A stretch of 64,000 bases of DNA from a virus, in IMG/VR virus record IMGVR_UViG_3300025147_000002. One strand, written 5' to 3'. The notes under the pieces are model-generated. The model was given only the letters and a program-made list of their open reading frames with translations, was not told the origin of the DNA and ran no database searches. Position numbers and translations under genes: made by a program. This document shows, piece by piece, positions 7,591 through 18,235 of the stretch (position 1 is the stretch's first letter; each line of letters starts with the position of its first letter).

Positions 7591-7932
7591 ATGAATTTTG
7601 GAGAAGCAATTGAAGCAATTAAAAAAGGTAGTTTAGTTATTCGTGAAAAATGGAATAATGAATGTACATTTATTTTCATGAGACCAGAAGATAATTTGTC
7701 TTTTAATTTTGTTATAAATAATATTGAATCATTACCTAAATCACTTAAAGATTATTATAAACAACTTGTAGATTTAAGTATAAGTGATGATAATAGAGTA
7801 TTTACAAATAATAGACAAATTACATTTGCACCATGTATATGTATGAAAATAACAGATGAGTATATTATTAATGGTTGGATAGCAAGTCAAGAAGATATAC
7901 TTGCTACTGATTGGGAAGTTATTTGGCCATGA
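7591..7932 (+). CDS. DUF2829-family protein (Tad2-like candidate)
   Basis: N-terminus MNFGEAIEAIKKGSLVIREKWN and C-terminus GWIASQEDILATDWEVI match the two hallmark ends of DUF2829 as I recall them (M-FgeAlealk-G-kv-R-gW ... W-pSq-DlLA-DW). Confidence 0.65.
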   Translation: MNFGEAIEAIKKGSLVIREKWNNECTFIFMRPEDNLSFNFVINNIESLPKSLKDYYKQLVDLSISDDNRVFTNNRQITFAPCICMKITDEYIINGWIASQEDILATDWEVIWP

Positions 7933-8567
7933 TTCACTTATGGCAAACAACGGGTAATACACTTACTCTTAATGTTAGCGAGATACTTAAATATAAAGAA
8001 CTTGCTATTATTTATAAACGTGATGAAACAGATAATAAAGCATTTGCTCATAAAGAATTTAGGTATATAGACTTCTTATCTAATCGTGAAGGTTACTGTA
8101 TTATGAATGGTCTATCTAAGAAAGAAGCTCATTCACATGCTGTTAAGAATAGTAATCTACATCCCGATTATAAACCTGATACATTTATTAAGATAGCTAT
8201 ATCTAAAGTATATGATGAACTTAATGGTGGTGTAATAGAGAAACTTATAGATAGTAGTATTAGATCACTTCAAATTGCTGCAAGTGGTATAGTACAAATG
8301 ACAGATAAAGCAGAAGATATAATTGATAAAGCTTCTGGTACAGATGAAGATATTGCTAAACTAATAGGATTACTTACACAGATTACTACTATGTCTGCAA
8401 GTATACCTACTAAAGTACGTACATTATTAGATCTAAGAAAAGAATATGATATCTCAAGTAAAGGAACCGTTATCGAACGTGGAGGTAAAGCCTATACAGA
8501 CAGCCTTGACGGAAATGGCGATGTTGAATCTGAAGGCTCTGACGAAGACGATAGAATGGAGGACTGA
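7929..8567 (+). CDS. candidate small terminase subunit (by position only)
   Basis: It lies immediately upstream of, and overlaps, the large terminase. The ATG at 7929 overlaps the previous stop (ATGA). The track ORF opens at a TTG at 7911. Acidic C-terminal tail. No motif recognised. Confidence 0.3.
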   Translation: MIHLWQTTGNTLTLNVSEILKYKELAIIYKRDETDNKAFAHKEFRYIDFLSNREGYCIMNGLSKKEAHSHAVKNSNLHPDYKPDTFIKIAISKVYDELNGGVIEKLIDSSIRSLQIAASGIVQMTDKAEDIIDKASGTDEDIAKLIGLLTQITTMSASIPTKVRTLLDLRKEYDISSKGTVIERGGKAYTDSLDGNGDVESEGSDEDDRMED

Positions 8568-10854
8568 AACATTTGATTATAGACCTGGAGATAATACTTT
8601 TATAGATTATATCCTAGAAGATAAATCAAAATATATTAAGATGGTTGATGTGTTCAATGATAGAACAGGTCGTAATCATCGTGATGTAGATAATGATTTT
8701 CTTCTAGGAAATAGTGGTGGTGTTCTTATGAATATGAATTTTGTGTTTATTAATACAGATATATTTAGTAGAACTGCTGATCACTTTATGAAATTTGGTA
8801 CTTATTGTGAAGCACAAGTAGGTAGTCCTGAATATAATAAGTTTTGGAAACGTGAAACTACTAGACGTAAACGTGGTGCAGTAGCTAAATGTAAACTATA
8901 TTATAAAGATATAGATGAATACTTTGATGCTAGAACTACTGATGAACGTCAAAAAGAATTACTGCATGATCTACGTATAACAGGTGATCATTATAATTAT
9001 CTTAACTATGGTCGTATTGAACGCACACCTAATTCTGAAGAACGTAAGAAGTTAGATAATGAAGGTTTATATAAAGTTGAAACTGTTCCGGGTTTTCCAC
9101 GTTCTTGGGATGGTGATTATTGGAATTTTAAGATAGATGAATTTATAGGTAATAACAAATATCATCTAGCTAAAGCTAAAGCTCGACGTAAAGGTTTTAG
9201 TTATAAACGTGGGAGTCAAGCCGCAAATACACTTAATCTTAATAAAGGTGTTACAGTTGTACTAGCAGCAGATATAATAGATTATCTGACTGATCCTGAA
9301 GCTACAACTGATATGGCTAAAAAGAATCTAGATTGGTTAGAAACTAATACTTATTGGAGACGTGGTTATATATCCGAAAGTATGGAATCTATTGAACTAG
9401 GATATAAGAAGAAGAATGAAGGTAATAAGAAATTTGGATATAGAAGTAAACTACTAAGTGTTGCTATAGGTCGTAATGAATCCGCTGCTGTAGGTAAGAA
9501 AGCTATTGAGATTGACTTTGAGGAAAGTGGTAAATCACCTAATCTACAAAAAGCCTTAGATGTTACTCTATCGAATGTTGAATCAGGTGCTATTGTAGTA
9601 GGTACTATTCGTGTATATGGTACAGGTGGAACTAAAGGTGCAAACTGGAAAGCTTTTATGGATTGTTTTTTTAATCCTAGTAAGAACAGTATGTTACCTT
9701 TTGAGAATGTTTGGGACAAAGATAGTAGACATCAAGTATGTGGTTTTTTCTTTCCACAGATTTGGAACCTAGAACCATATATATGGCAAGCTAATAGTTT
9801 ACTTTTTGATGCATTTCTATGGGATCGTAAAGATAAACTTAGAGCTAAAGATCTTAAAGATAGTTATGAGTATATTATATATTGTGCTCAACGTGCTAAT
9901 ACTCCAGCAGAAGCATTTATTAATACAACTGAAAATCTATTTGCTACTCCTGAATTGAATGTTCATGTTAATAATTTACTTACTGATCCTAATACTAAGT
10001 TTTATCAAGATGGTTGGTATATTGTAGAAGATGGTAAAACACGTTTTATTAATAGAACAGAATGTATACAACGTAATATATTTAAAGATCACAAGTTTCA
10101 TGAATATATTATGGATGTTCCGCATAATAATAAAACAGATGTGCATGGATGCGTAAGAGAATACTATCCACCTTTTCATGTAGATGGTGAGATACCTAAA
10201 GATTTATACTTTGCTTCACTAGACCCTTACAAAGTTGATAAACTATCTAAAGAAGTTACAGGTAAACATTCTTTGTATAGCTTTAAGATATGGATGTATA
10301 ATAATAAATATACTCCTTATAGAGGTAAACGTATTGTAGCAGAATATTGTGGTAGATTAGATTCTATGGCAGACAATGATAGAGAACTTCTTAAAGCTTT
10401 AACTAGATGGAATTGTGGAGTTCTTATAGAAGCTGGTACAGGTGAAACTATTAATAACTTTAAAACATGGGGTTATCGTAATAAACTTATGAAAGACCCT
10501 ACTGCACTTACAGATCGAAGTATTGTTAATAGACAAAACGTTCCTTATGGTATTGTGATAGGTGATGGTGATACTAAGATTGAAGGTCTAGGTATGTTTA
10601 GAGATTATCTATATGAAATTATAGGACGTACTGATGATGGATCACCTATTTATAGATTACAAGATACATACTCTGTAGGACTTTGCCTAGAAGCCCAACG
10701 TTATAATAGTATTGATAACTTTGATCGTATTAGTGATGCTATTGTAGCTATGTATGAATTTCGTAAAGATACATTACTTAATCAAAAGAAACTAGAAAGT
10801 AGAGGTACTACTAATACTAAAAGATTAGCTGATCGTTTAAACTCAAAATCATAA
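8446..10854 (+). CDS. terL: terminase large subunit
   Basis: 802-aa ORF directly upstream of the portal-sized gene. KARRKGFSYKRGS resembles the K-A/S-R-Q-x-G-F/x-S P-loop variant of phage TerL. YFASLDPYKVD resembles the first acidic motif of the RNase H-like nuclease domain. The true start is uncertain (ATGs at 8446, 8515, 8521). Confidence 0.7.
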   Translation: MISQVKEPLSNVEVKPIQTALTEMAMLNLKALTKTIEWRTETFDYRPGDNTFIDYILEDKSKYIKMVDVFNDRTGRNHRDVDNDFLLGNSGGVLMNMNFVFINTDIFSRTADHFMKFGTYCEAQVGSPEYNKFWKRETTRRKRGAVAKCKLYYKDIDEYFDARTTDERQKELLHDLRITGDHYNYLNYGRIERTPNSEERKKLDNEGLYKVETVPGFPRSWDGDYWNFKIDEFIGNNKYHLAKAKARRKGFSYKRGSQAANTLNLNKGVTVVLAADIIDYLTDPEATTDMAKKNLDWLETNTYWRRGYISESMESIELGYKKKNEGNKKFGYRSKLLSVAIGRNESAAVGKKAIEIDFEESGKSPNLQKALDVTLSNVESGAIVVGTIRVYGTGGTKGANWKAFMDCFFNPSKNSMLPFENVWDKDSRHQVCGFFFPQIWNLEPYIWQANSLLFDAFLWDRKDKLRAKDLKDSYEYIIYCAQRANTPAEAFINTTENLFATPELNVHVNNLLTDPNTKFYQDGWYIVEDGKTRFINRTECIQRNIFKDHKFHEYIMDVPHNNKTDVHGCVREYYPPFHVDGEIPKDLYFASLDPYKVDKLSKEVTGKHSLYSFKIWMYNNKYTPYRGKRIVAEYCGRLDSMADNDRELLKALTRWNCGVLIEAGTGETINNFKTWGYRNKLMKDPTALTDRSIVNRQNVPYGIVIGDGDTKIEGLGMFRDYLYEIIGRTDDGSPIYRLQDTYSVGLCLEAQRYNSIDNFDRISDAIVAMYEFRKDTLLNQKKLESRGTTNTKRLADRLNSKS

Positions 10855-10861
10855 TATACAG

Positions 10862-13240
10862 ATGGTACAACAACCTGATCAATACGTTAGTTCTAACTTT
10901 AAAATGACTGATAAGAAATGGGGTATGGAAATGACAAATTTTGTTATTGATCTTGCTTCAAGTTTTAGTAATAAGTCAGACGTTCAAAAGTATTTAGATG
11001 CTGCTAATGGTATAGTAGATAAAGCTACTTATAAATATGTACTAGCTACATATAATACAGCACAAGGTAAGAAAGAAGATATGCCTGGTACTATTAGAGA
11101 TGTAGACTTTCTTAAACCTATTAAAGATAGATACATGGGTGAATTTATTGGTGCATATCATAACTATCAAGTATTCGCTAATGATCCTGATGTAGTACTT
11201 AAACGTAATGCTAAGATAGGTGAGAAGGTCTATGAGATGCTTATGCAGAAGTTAGTAAATGAACTTAATGCTAAAGGTGTTGAAACAGGTAAAGAATCTA
11301 AAGAAGTACCTGACATAGATAAATGGTTAGCTACTGCTACAGAAGATTGGTCAGATGATCAAGTTATAGATGGACAGAAACGTTTAGATTTACTCAATGC
11401 TTTAGTTGATGCTAAAGGTAAATATATACAGGCATATTTCTATTGGTGGGCTTGTGAAGAAGTTTATTCATATCGTGAAGTACATAAGAATGATGTTAAT
11501 TTTGATATCATTAGTCCACTAGAATATTTTAGAGTTCCTAGTGGTAATCAATTTGTAGAAGATGATGACTTTGGTATGCGTAAATATAAACTTAGTTTAC
11601 CACAAGTTATAGATAGATTTAGAGAAGAACTTTCTGAAAAGGAAATGAAATATCTTACTACTCTTAATAATACTCGTACAGGTAACAATACTGCTATAGT
11701 AGATTTTGAGATGATAATGCAACTAGATGATTTTGCTCAACGTAACATTAATCGTCAAAGTGGTAGTTTTCGTAAATCATTTACAGATAAATTATGGTGT
11801 ACTGAAATATATCATGCTGTTTATAAAACTCCTATCAAAGTAGGTATACTTACATTTATGGCTCCTAGTGGTAAAGTAGAAGAAATGGAAGTTGATACTG
11901 ATTATGAATTTGATAGTGAAGCTGGCGATATAGATATTAAATGGGATCATATTAATCAGTTTTGGGAAAGTTATAGAATAGGTCCAATGGATACAGGTAT
12001 ATATATTAAACCTAGACCTATTGAAGTACAACGTGAGAAGTTTAATGATAGTTCTATATGTAAGAACCCTTATAATGGTATTAGTTATCTAATGAAAGAT
12101 AATGAAAAAGCTCCTATACCATATAGAGTATTACCTTATCTTGCATTATATCGTATATATACATTACAACAAGAACGTGCTATTGCTAAGTTTAAGTCTT
12201 GGATAATGTTACCTGAAAGTCTTTTATCAGATACAGATGAAATGACTACAGAAGAACGTTTAGATCAAGCTAACAAAGATGGTACATTACCTTATGACGA
12301 TACAGCAAATGCTAATGTTGCTAACGGTGTTAAAGAAGTAGCAACTCAAGCTATTGTACAATACGTTCAGATTATAGATGGTATTCTAGCTAGACTTAAA
12401 GCAGATGCTTGGGAAGTATCTAATATGAATAACGCTAGAGTAGGTGCTGATAAAGGTGGTCAAGCAGGTAAAGCTGTTACAGAGTATAGTTATAATCAAG
12501 CTCTAACTGGTAGTGTATGGCATCTTGAAATATTTAATAATTTTAGAGAACGTGACTATATGGCTAATTTAGATTATTCTAAAGTAGCTTGGTTAGATGG
12601 TAAACAAGGTAGCTTCGTAGATCCTAATACTAATGAAGTAGTATATGTTAAAGTAGATGGTGAGAATCATCTTAGTCAGAATCTTGGTGTATTTGTTAGA
12701 AATAGTAATGAACTAGATGCTATGGCTAAACAACTTAAAGAAGTTGCATTTGCTGCTGCACAAAATGGTAATGAAGATATAGCAGTTGAAGCTATTACTA
12801 ATAAGAACATATCCCAACTCAAACAATTAGTTAAAGATGCAGCTAAGGCTAAACGTGATTTTGAACTACAAATGAAGGACATTGAAGGTAAAAATAACAT
12901 ACAGGTTCAACAGGTAGCACAACAGACTAAACAGCTTGAATTGGATGCTAAACGTTATGAAGTAGATGGTACATGGCAGAATAATATAGATGTAGCTTTA
13001 CTTGAAACAGATCGTACACTCGCTGAATGGGAACTTCGTATGACTCAAGATACGAATGGTAACGGATATGTAAGTGGTACTGAAATGGATACTAATGCTG
13101 TAGAAGCTACTAAGAAAGTTATAGCAGATCAGAAGCAAGCTCTAGCAGAACGTAAACAAGCATTTGCTGAAACTAAGTTTAATAAAGAACATGCACTTAA
13201 ACAGAAGATAGCAAATAAACCTAAACCAACTACACGATGA
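10862..13240 (+). CDS. portal protein
   Basis: 792-aa ORF immediately after TerL. Size and position match crAss-like portals. C-terminal coiled-coil, basic tail. No motif verified. Confidence 0.6.
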   Translation: MVQQPDQYVSSNFKMTDKKWGMEMTNFVIDLASSFSNKSDVQKYLDAANGIVDKATYKYVLATYNTAQGKKEDMPGTIRDVDFLKPIKDRYMGEFIGAYHNYQVFANDPDVVLKRNAKIGEKVYEMLMQKLVNELNAKGVETGKESKEVPDIDKWLATATEDWSDDQVIDGQKRLDLLNALVDAKGKYIQAYFYWWACEEVYSYREVHKNDVNFDIISPLEYFRVPSGNQFVEDDDFGMRKYKLSLPQVIDRFREELSEKEMKYLTTLNNTRTGNNTAIVDFEMIMQLDDFAQRNINRQSGSFRKSFTDKLWCTEIYHAVYKTPIKVGILTFMAPSGKVEEMEVDTDYEFDSEAGDIDIKWDHINQFWESYRIGPMDTGIYIKPRPIEVQREKFNDSSICKNPYNGISYLMKDNEKAPIPYRVLPYLALYRIYTLQQERAIAKFKSWIMLPESLLSDTDEMTTEERLDQANKDGTLPYDDTANANVANGVKEVATQAIVQYVQIIDGILARLKADAWEVSNMNNARVGADKGGQAGKAVTEYSYNQALTGSVWHLEIFNNFRERDYMANLDYSKVAWLDGKQGSFVDPNTNEVVYVKVDGENHLSQNLGVFVRNSNELDAMAKQLKEVAFAAAQNGNEDIAVEAITNKNISQLKQLVKDAAKAKRDFELQMKDIEGKNNIQVQQVAQQTKQLELDAKRYEVDGTWQNNIDVALLETDRTLAEWELRMTQDTNGNGYVSGTEMDTNAVEATKKVIADQKQALAERKQAFAETKFNKEHALKQKIANKPKPTTR

Positions 13241-13313
13241 CAAACGTGCGGGATACATTATTGGGCAGAGATCCACCTACCTAATATTATACCTATATAT
13301 AAGGTATATTGAT

Positions 13314-13321
13314 TACATTTG
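13314..13321 (+). promoter_or_regulatory. -7 box candidate (TACATTTG)
   Basis: Matches TAnnTTTG in the 126-bp intergenic gap, 46 nt upstream of the ATG at 13367. No convincing -33 TTTG at the proper spacing. Confidence 0.3.
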
Positions 13322-13366
13322 ACAAAGTTAATAAGTGAATTATAACACAATTAATAAATAGATATT

Positions 13367-14611
13367 ATGGCACTAAAAGTTAGAACACCATTACAAGGTG
13401 ATGCACCTGTAAATGATGATACAAAAGATAAAGTTGTTAAGACAGCAGATGAACTTGAAATTGAACGTCTAGCAGAAATAGATAGATTACAAGCTATCGA
13501 AGATGCTAAAATTGTTGTTGATGATGAACCTAATGAATTGATTATTAATGCTGATGGTAAAGATGTAAAATACGTTGTAGATGCAGAAGGTAATGCTACA
13601 CTAGATGGTAAAGTAGTTTATACTAAAGCCGAACTAGTAACATTAGAAGAAGGTGCAGATGATGATATGACTATTGAGTTACTAGAAAAAACATCAGGTA
13701 TTGAAGTACTAGATGAAACTGGTAAAAAGATTACATATGAACTTACACTCGAAGGTCTTGCAAAACGTGAATCAGACATTAAAGCATTAGGTCTTAAAGA
13801 AGGTCAGACAGTAGCTATTGAAAAGTTCTTTGAATCGAATCCTGACTTATATGATGCTTTTGTATATAAACAAACATATGGTACATTTGATGGATTTACT
13901 AATCATGTAGATTATTCTAAAGTTGTTTTGGTAGCAGATAATACAGATCAACTATATGACATTATTTATAAAGCTGAATTAGAAAAAGGTAATACACCTG
14001 CGAAAGCTAAACGTTATGCCGATCTTAGTAAGAATGATGAATCTCTATTGGTAGATGCTACAGAAGCTTTAAGTTTCCTTAGTACATCACAGAGTAAAAT
14101 TGTTACTGCTAAACAAGCAGAATCACAAGCTGTTATTCAGGCTGAAGCAGAAGCTGAAAATAAATATTATGGAGTTGCTTATGCAGAGGATGGCAAAGAA
14201 GTAATATTAGATGTTAAAGATTCTGTTTATGATATAGTTGTTAAGACAGGTAAAATTGGAGATTTATCTATTCCCTTAGAAGGTTTAAAAGTTAAAGGTA
14301 AAGATGGTAAAGTTATAGTTGCTACACGCAAACAGATATTTGATTATATATCCGTACCTGTTGCTGAAAATCATGGTGTAGTTTATACACAAGCACAACT
14401 AGATGATATTAATCGTACTAATGATAAATCTGAATTAGTACTTAGATATATTGGTAATCTTCTTGGTAATGATATTTCACAACTTACTAAGTCTGCAATT
14501 CGTAAAGATAATGTACTTAAAATAAAAGCTGGCACTGGAGATCAACGTAAGATAGTTATTAAATCTAACGTAGTAACAGGAAAAGTTCATGTAAATACTC
14601 CTCTAAAATAA
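13367..14611 (+). CDS. scaffold-like / head-associated acidic protein (putative)
   Basis: 414-aa, highly acidic, helix-prone sequence located between the portal and major capsid genes. Confidence 0.35.
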   Translation: MALKVRTPLQGDAPVNDDTKDKVVKTADELEIERLAEIDRLQAIEDAKIVVDDEPNELIINADGKDVKYVVDAEGNATLDGKVVYTKAELVTLEEGADDDMTIELLEKTSGIEVLDETGKKITYELTLEGLAKRESDIKALGLKEGQTVAIEKFFESNPDLYDAFVYKQTYGTFDGFTNHVDYSKVVLVADNTDQLYDIIYKAELEKGNTPAKAKRYADLSKNDESLLVDATEALSFLSTSQSKIVTAKQAESQAVIQAEAEAENKYYGVAYAEDGKEVILDVKDSVYDIVVKTGKIGDLSIPLEGLKVKGKDGKVIVATRKQIFDYISVPVAENHGVVYTQAQLDDINRTNDKSELVLRYIGNLLGNDISQLTKSAIRKDNVLKIKAGTGDQRKIVIKSNVVTGKVHVNTPLK

Positions 14612-14632
14612 TCATTTAAAAATTAAGTTACT

Positions 14633-16108
14633 ATGAGAGAAATTGGTGTCGTTAAATACGACAGTTCTACGTACAGTGATGAGAATATGCTTTTGAATTT
14701 TGGCATAGTTGATCCTGTTACACTTAATAAGAATCTTACATATCTTTGGGGTAAAGATTCTGACAAGTTTCCTTTGTTATCTATGACTGAAGGTAACAAT
14801 GCTATTAGTCCTAAGAAGGCTCTGAATGGTGTAGATACACAATACATTTGGAATGTAGCAGGTCGTATGCGTCATACTTCACAAGTCGTGAGATTAGTTA
14901 GTACTACTACTAAACCCGGACTTGGTTATACTGAATTTGAAGTAGAAATGAAAGATGCTTGGTTCATCTATCAGTATGGTGCTTTATCTCCTGATGGTGA
15001 ACATCAAATTCGTATTCAAAGTGAAGGTAAACCTACGTCTAATAATACATTTATTTATCGTTTCCAATTACAGGGTGGTAATGCTAATGAATTTATTCCA
15101 CTAGAGAACTTTGAAGCAGGTAAGTTTTGGGTACTTGGTGCACCTACTGTTGCTGCTAGTAAATCAGATGGTAATAGAAGTAATGCTCAATCTACATCTA
15201 AAGCTACTAATCAGTTTGGTTTCCATCGTTTTAGTAAACCTATTTCTGGTAACATTGCTAATAAAGTTGTAGACATTGAATTTGATGTTGATGGTGGTGG
15301 TACTACTAATCTATGGATGCCATATGAGATGAAGGTATTCGAGATGAATCGTAAACAGTTCTTAGAAGAAGATTTATGGTTCTCTGAATATAATCGTGAT
15401 GCTAAAGGTGTTATTCATCTTAAAGATCCTGAGACAGGCGAACCTATTCCACGTGGATCAGGTATTAAAGATACTCTGAAATCTGTAGGTAATTATGATA
15501 CTTATAGTAAACTTACACTAGAACGTTTTGATAGTACTATTAATAGGTTGTATGACAATCGTATTGATTCTACTCCTATTGAAATTATTCTTTATGCAGG
15601 TACTGGTTTTGCACGTGAGTTCTCTACTGCTATTGAAGAAGATGCTGCATTTAGAGGTTACTTTCAAGCTATTGGTGATCAGAAAGTAAAAGATGGTGGT
15701 GAATATATGTCATATGGTAAATACTTTAATCAGTATCAAACTATTGATGGTAAGATTGTCACTGTTAAACCTGTTCATCTGTTCAATCATGGATTACGTG
15801 CTGAACAAGATCGTTTGAATGGTCGTATGTATAAAGGTTTACCTTTAAGTTCATATACAGGTGTATTCCTTGATCACTCTCTTAATGATAGTGGAGATCG
15901 TAATATTCAGTTAGTATGTGAAGAAGGTCGTGAAGCTATTACAGGTGTTTACAAAGGTCTTACTAATCTACCTGGTTCTTGGGGTGCTGTTCAGAATCAA
16001 ATTCTTTCTACTAAGAAAGACGTTGCATCTTATGAAATGTTCTGTAGTCAAGGTATTAATATGCTTAATCCTACTACTAGTTTCTGGATGGATTTAGCAC
16101 TTGACTAA
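14633..16108 (+). CDS. major capsid protein (putative)
   Basis: 491-aa ORF at the canonical TerL-portal-X-MCP position of crAss-like genomes. Size fits crAss-like MCPs. No motif verified by eye. Confidence 0.6.
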   Translation: MREIGVVKYDSSTYSDENMLLNFGIVDPVTLNKNLTYLWGKDSDKFPLLSMTEGNNAISPKKALNGVDTQYIWNVAGRMRHTSQVVRLVSTTTKPGLGYTEFEVEMKDAWFIYQYGALSPDGEHQIRIQSEGKPTSNNTFIYRFQLQGGNANEFIPLENFEAGKFWVLGAPTVAASKSDGNRSNAQSTSKATNQFGFHRFSKPISGNIANKVVDIEFDVDGGGTTNLWMPYEMKVFEMNRKQFLEEDLWFSEYNRDAKGVIHLKDPETGEPIPRGSGIKDTLKSVGNYDTYSKLTLERFDSTINRLYDNRIDSTPIEIILYAGTGFAREFSTAIEEDAAFRGYFQAIGDQKVKDGGEYMSYGKYFNQYQTIDGKIVTVKPVHLFNHGLRAEQDRLNGRMYKGLPLSSYTGVFLDHSLNDSGDRNIQLVCEEGREAITGVYKGLTNLPGSWGAVQNQILSTKKDVASYEMFCSQGINMLNPTTSFWMDLALD

Positions 16109-16165
16109 TATATAGTCGAAGATGATCGTTAATGTGTAAAAGTAACTATTAAAACTTATAAACAA

Positions 16166-17209
16166 ATGATAACAAAAGAACGTAGTATTTCACTTTATTG
16201 GAAACTTAATCCATCAGTATTTCAAGTAATCAATCTTGAAGCTATGGGTGAATATACTAGGAAGTTAGGTTCAGCTGTAACTGTAGTTAATACTTTATGT
16301 AGTCTGACAGAAGAAATGAAGGTTCTGTTACCTACAGTATTAGGAGTTAGTCCTGATAATACAAGTGTTAATTGGCAAGCTAAGGTTTCTAATTATTGGC
16401 ATAATTTTGCATTAGATGTATTACCTACTGGTCTTACATTTGATATTGGATTTAGATTCAATCTACATGATACGAACGATGTTAAACGTATAAAAGCAAT
16501 TGAAGGTGCACTTAAAAAAGTTGGTGTTAAAGATACTGACAGTGATGCAGTAAAAGAAAAAGCACTAGTAGATTATTTATTTGGTACAGATAAAAGTGGT
16601 AATCGTAACGTATCGGAAGAAGAATTATATCAGTATGGAACACCTACTAATATTCCCAATTATTTATCTTGGAGATATTGTTTATTGACAAGTCAAGTCG
16701 CTAACAATCCAGAAGATGTTAATAAATCTAATAAGATAAGATTTTATTTACACAATCAAGAAGATGCTAAGAAAGCTAAGAAAGAAGCTAATCTTAAATC
16801 TACATCAGCTATTAAAACATATGCAACGATGTTAGGTAAAGATGATTCTCTGAAACTTATGGAAGCTATTTGTGTATCTAAGAAACTTACTACTTGGTTA
16901 GAATTTAACAATGCAGATTGGAAAGAAGATGATACGCAAGCAACGGTACTTCAATATGCAACAGATAAACCTATAGAATTTTTAGCTACAGTTGCAGATA
17001 AGAATTTATTAGTTAGAGGTACTATTCAATCGTATATATATGAAGGTTTACTTGTAGAGATTCCTTCTAGTTCAATTATTACTGATGCAACTGATCCGTC
17101 AATTGTATTAGGAGATAACATGGATGATGCGATTGCTTACTTTAGTAATGATACTAATAAAGCTTATCTTAGTGCATTAAAAGCTAAGTTTAAAAGTTTA
17201 AAACGATAA
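16166..17209 (+). CDS. virion structural protein, hypothetical (347 aa)
   Basis: Clean ORF in the head module. No motif recognised. Confidence 0.6.
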   Translation: MITKERSISLYWKLNPSVFQVINLEAMGEYTRKLGSAVTVVNTLCSLTEEMKVLLPTVLGVSPDNTSVNWQAKVSNYWHNFALDVLPTGLTFDIGFRFNLHDTNDVKRIKAIEGALKKVGVKDTDSDAVKEKALVDYLFGTDKSGNRNVSEEELYQYGTPTNIPNYLSWRYCLLTSQVANNPEDVNKSNKIRFYLHNQEDAKKAKKEANLKSTSAIKTYATMLGKDDSLKLMEAICVSKKLTTWLEFNNADWKEDDTQATVLQYATDKPIEFLATVADKNLLVRGTIQSYIYEGLLVEIPSSSIITDATDPSIVLGDNMDDAIAYFSNDTNKAYLSALKAKFKSLKR

Positions 17210-17212
17210 GCT

Positions 17213-18223
17213 ATGTATAGTACAGTTAAACAATGTCATGTTGCTATTGATTATGAATTACAACAAATTAATAGTAATCGTAAACAAGCTATTAGTCCTT
17301 ATTATTATGACATAGCACTTAATGAAGCTGTACTGCAATTTATTGAAACTCGTTCTAGTTCTAAACAGAATATTAAACGTGAAGGATTTGAAGAAAGTCA
17401 GAAACGATATGATGATCTTAAAGATTTAAAAGTACAAAGAGGTTTATCTTGTAGAAGACCTAATGGTTCAACATTTGGTTATAAAGCATTTGCTATACTT
17501 CCTGGTGATTATCTTAAAATGATACCATCGGAAGTAGCAATAGCTTATAATAAACAAGGTATGACACCGGTATTGTTAGATACAACTAATGTAATTAAAT
17601 TGTATGATTTAAGTCAGATCACATATCCTTTTACAGGTTCTCTTAAATTAGGAACTGGTAGTTCACAAATAGATGTAACTAAATATATTCAAACAGTTAA
17701 AACTGATAATGGTAAATTTTATGCAATTAATATTATTATAGATAAACTTAGACAACTTGGATATGATACATTTTATGAGGATTATGATGGTATGTATTTA
17801 CCTAACACATTATTTGTAGATACACCTAACATACCTATCGAGGGTATTAATTATACAACTCGTACTACTACTTATAAATCCATTACAAATTCTTTTACAC
17901 AACAACGTTCTTTAGAATTAGTGAGTACTAGTGATGTTCGTACTATATTAGATAATTATCATTCTAGTAGAAATCGTCATAGTAATCCTATTTGTGAACT
18001 GTTTGGAGATAGACTTAATGTTTATTACAATGCTGATTTTGTACCTGTATCTGTTATTTTAAATTATATTAAAAGACCTAGACTTATTGATCATATCAGT
18101 AATACTATGTGTGAGATAACAGTACCACAAGAAGTTATTAAATTAGCTGTACTACATTTAAAAGGTATACTTAAAGACGAAGGTTATAATATATCTGCAA
18201 ACGAAAAAATTATTAATGAATAA
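17213..18223 (+). CDS. virion structural protein, hypothetical (336 aa)
   Basis: Clean ORF, 3-nt spacing from the previous gene. No motif recognised. Confidence 0.6.
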   Translation: MYSTVKQCHVAIDYELQQINSNRKQAISPYYYDIALNEAVLQFIETRSSSKQNIKREGFEESQKRYDDLKDLKVQRGLSCRRPNGSTFGYKAFAILPGDYLKMIPSEVAIAYNKQGMTPVLLDTTNVIKLYDLSQITYPFTGSLKLGTGSSQIDVTKYIQTVKTDNGKFYAINIIIDKLRQLGYDTFYEDYDGMYLPNTLFVDTPNIPIEGINYTTRTTTYKSITNSFTQQRSLELVSTSDVRTILDNYHSSRNRHSNPICELFGDRLNVYYNADFVPVSVILNYIKRPRLIDHISNTMCEITVPQEVIKLAVLHLKGILKDEGYNISANEKIINE

Positions 18224-18235
18224 CATTTTAGAAAT

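Noticed and set aside
9366-9719. Antisense and alternative-frame ORFs inside long genes. Minus strand: 722-928, 5172-5363, 7774-7962, 9366-9719, 9976-10179, 11792-12031, 12676-12900, 14623-14847, 22010-22285, 24213-24404, 24511-24741, 25647-25958, 26619-26837, 26877-27137, 27107-27310, 31424-31639, 32361-32549, 34427-34621, 37138-37458, 39962-40144, 40501-40776, 40912-41109, 44104-44286, 45427-45663, 45758-45979, 49396-49746, 57737-57931, 58326-58610, 59435-59632. Plus-strand alternative frames: 5976-6194, 24038-24334, 25772-26002, 39327-39536, 49737-49937.
   Set aside because: Each lies wholly inside a much longer ORF with coherent protein-like sequence. Each has low-complexity or hydrophobic, AT-biased translations and lacks start or stop coupling to neighbours. 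These are typical shadow ORFs.
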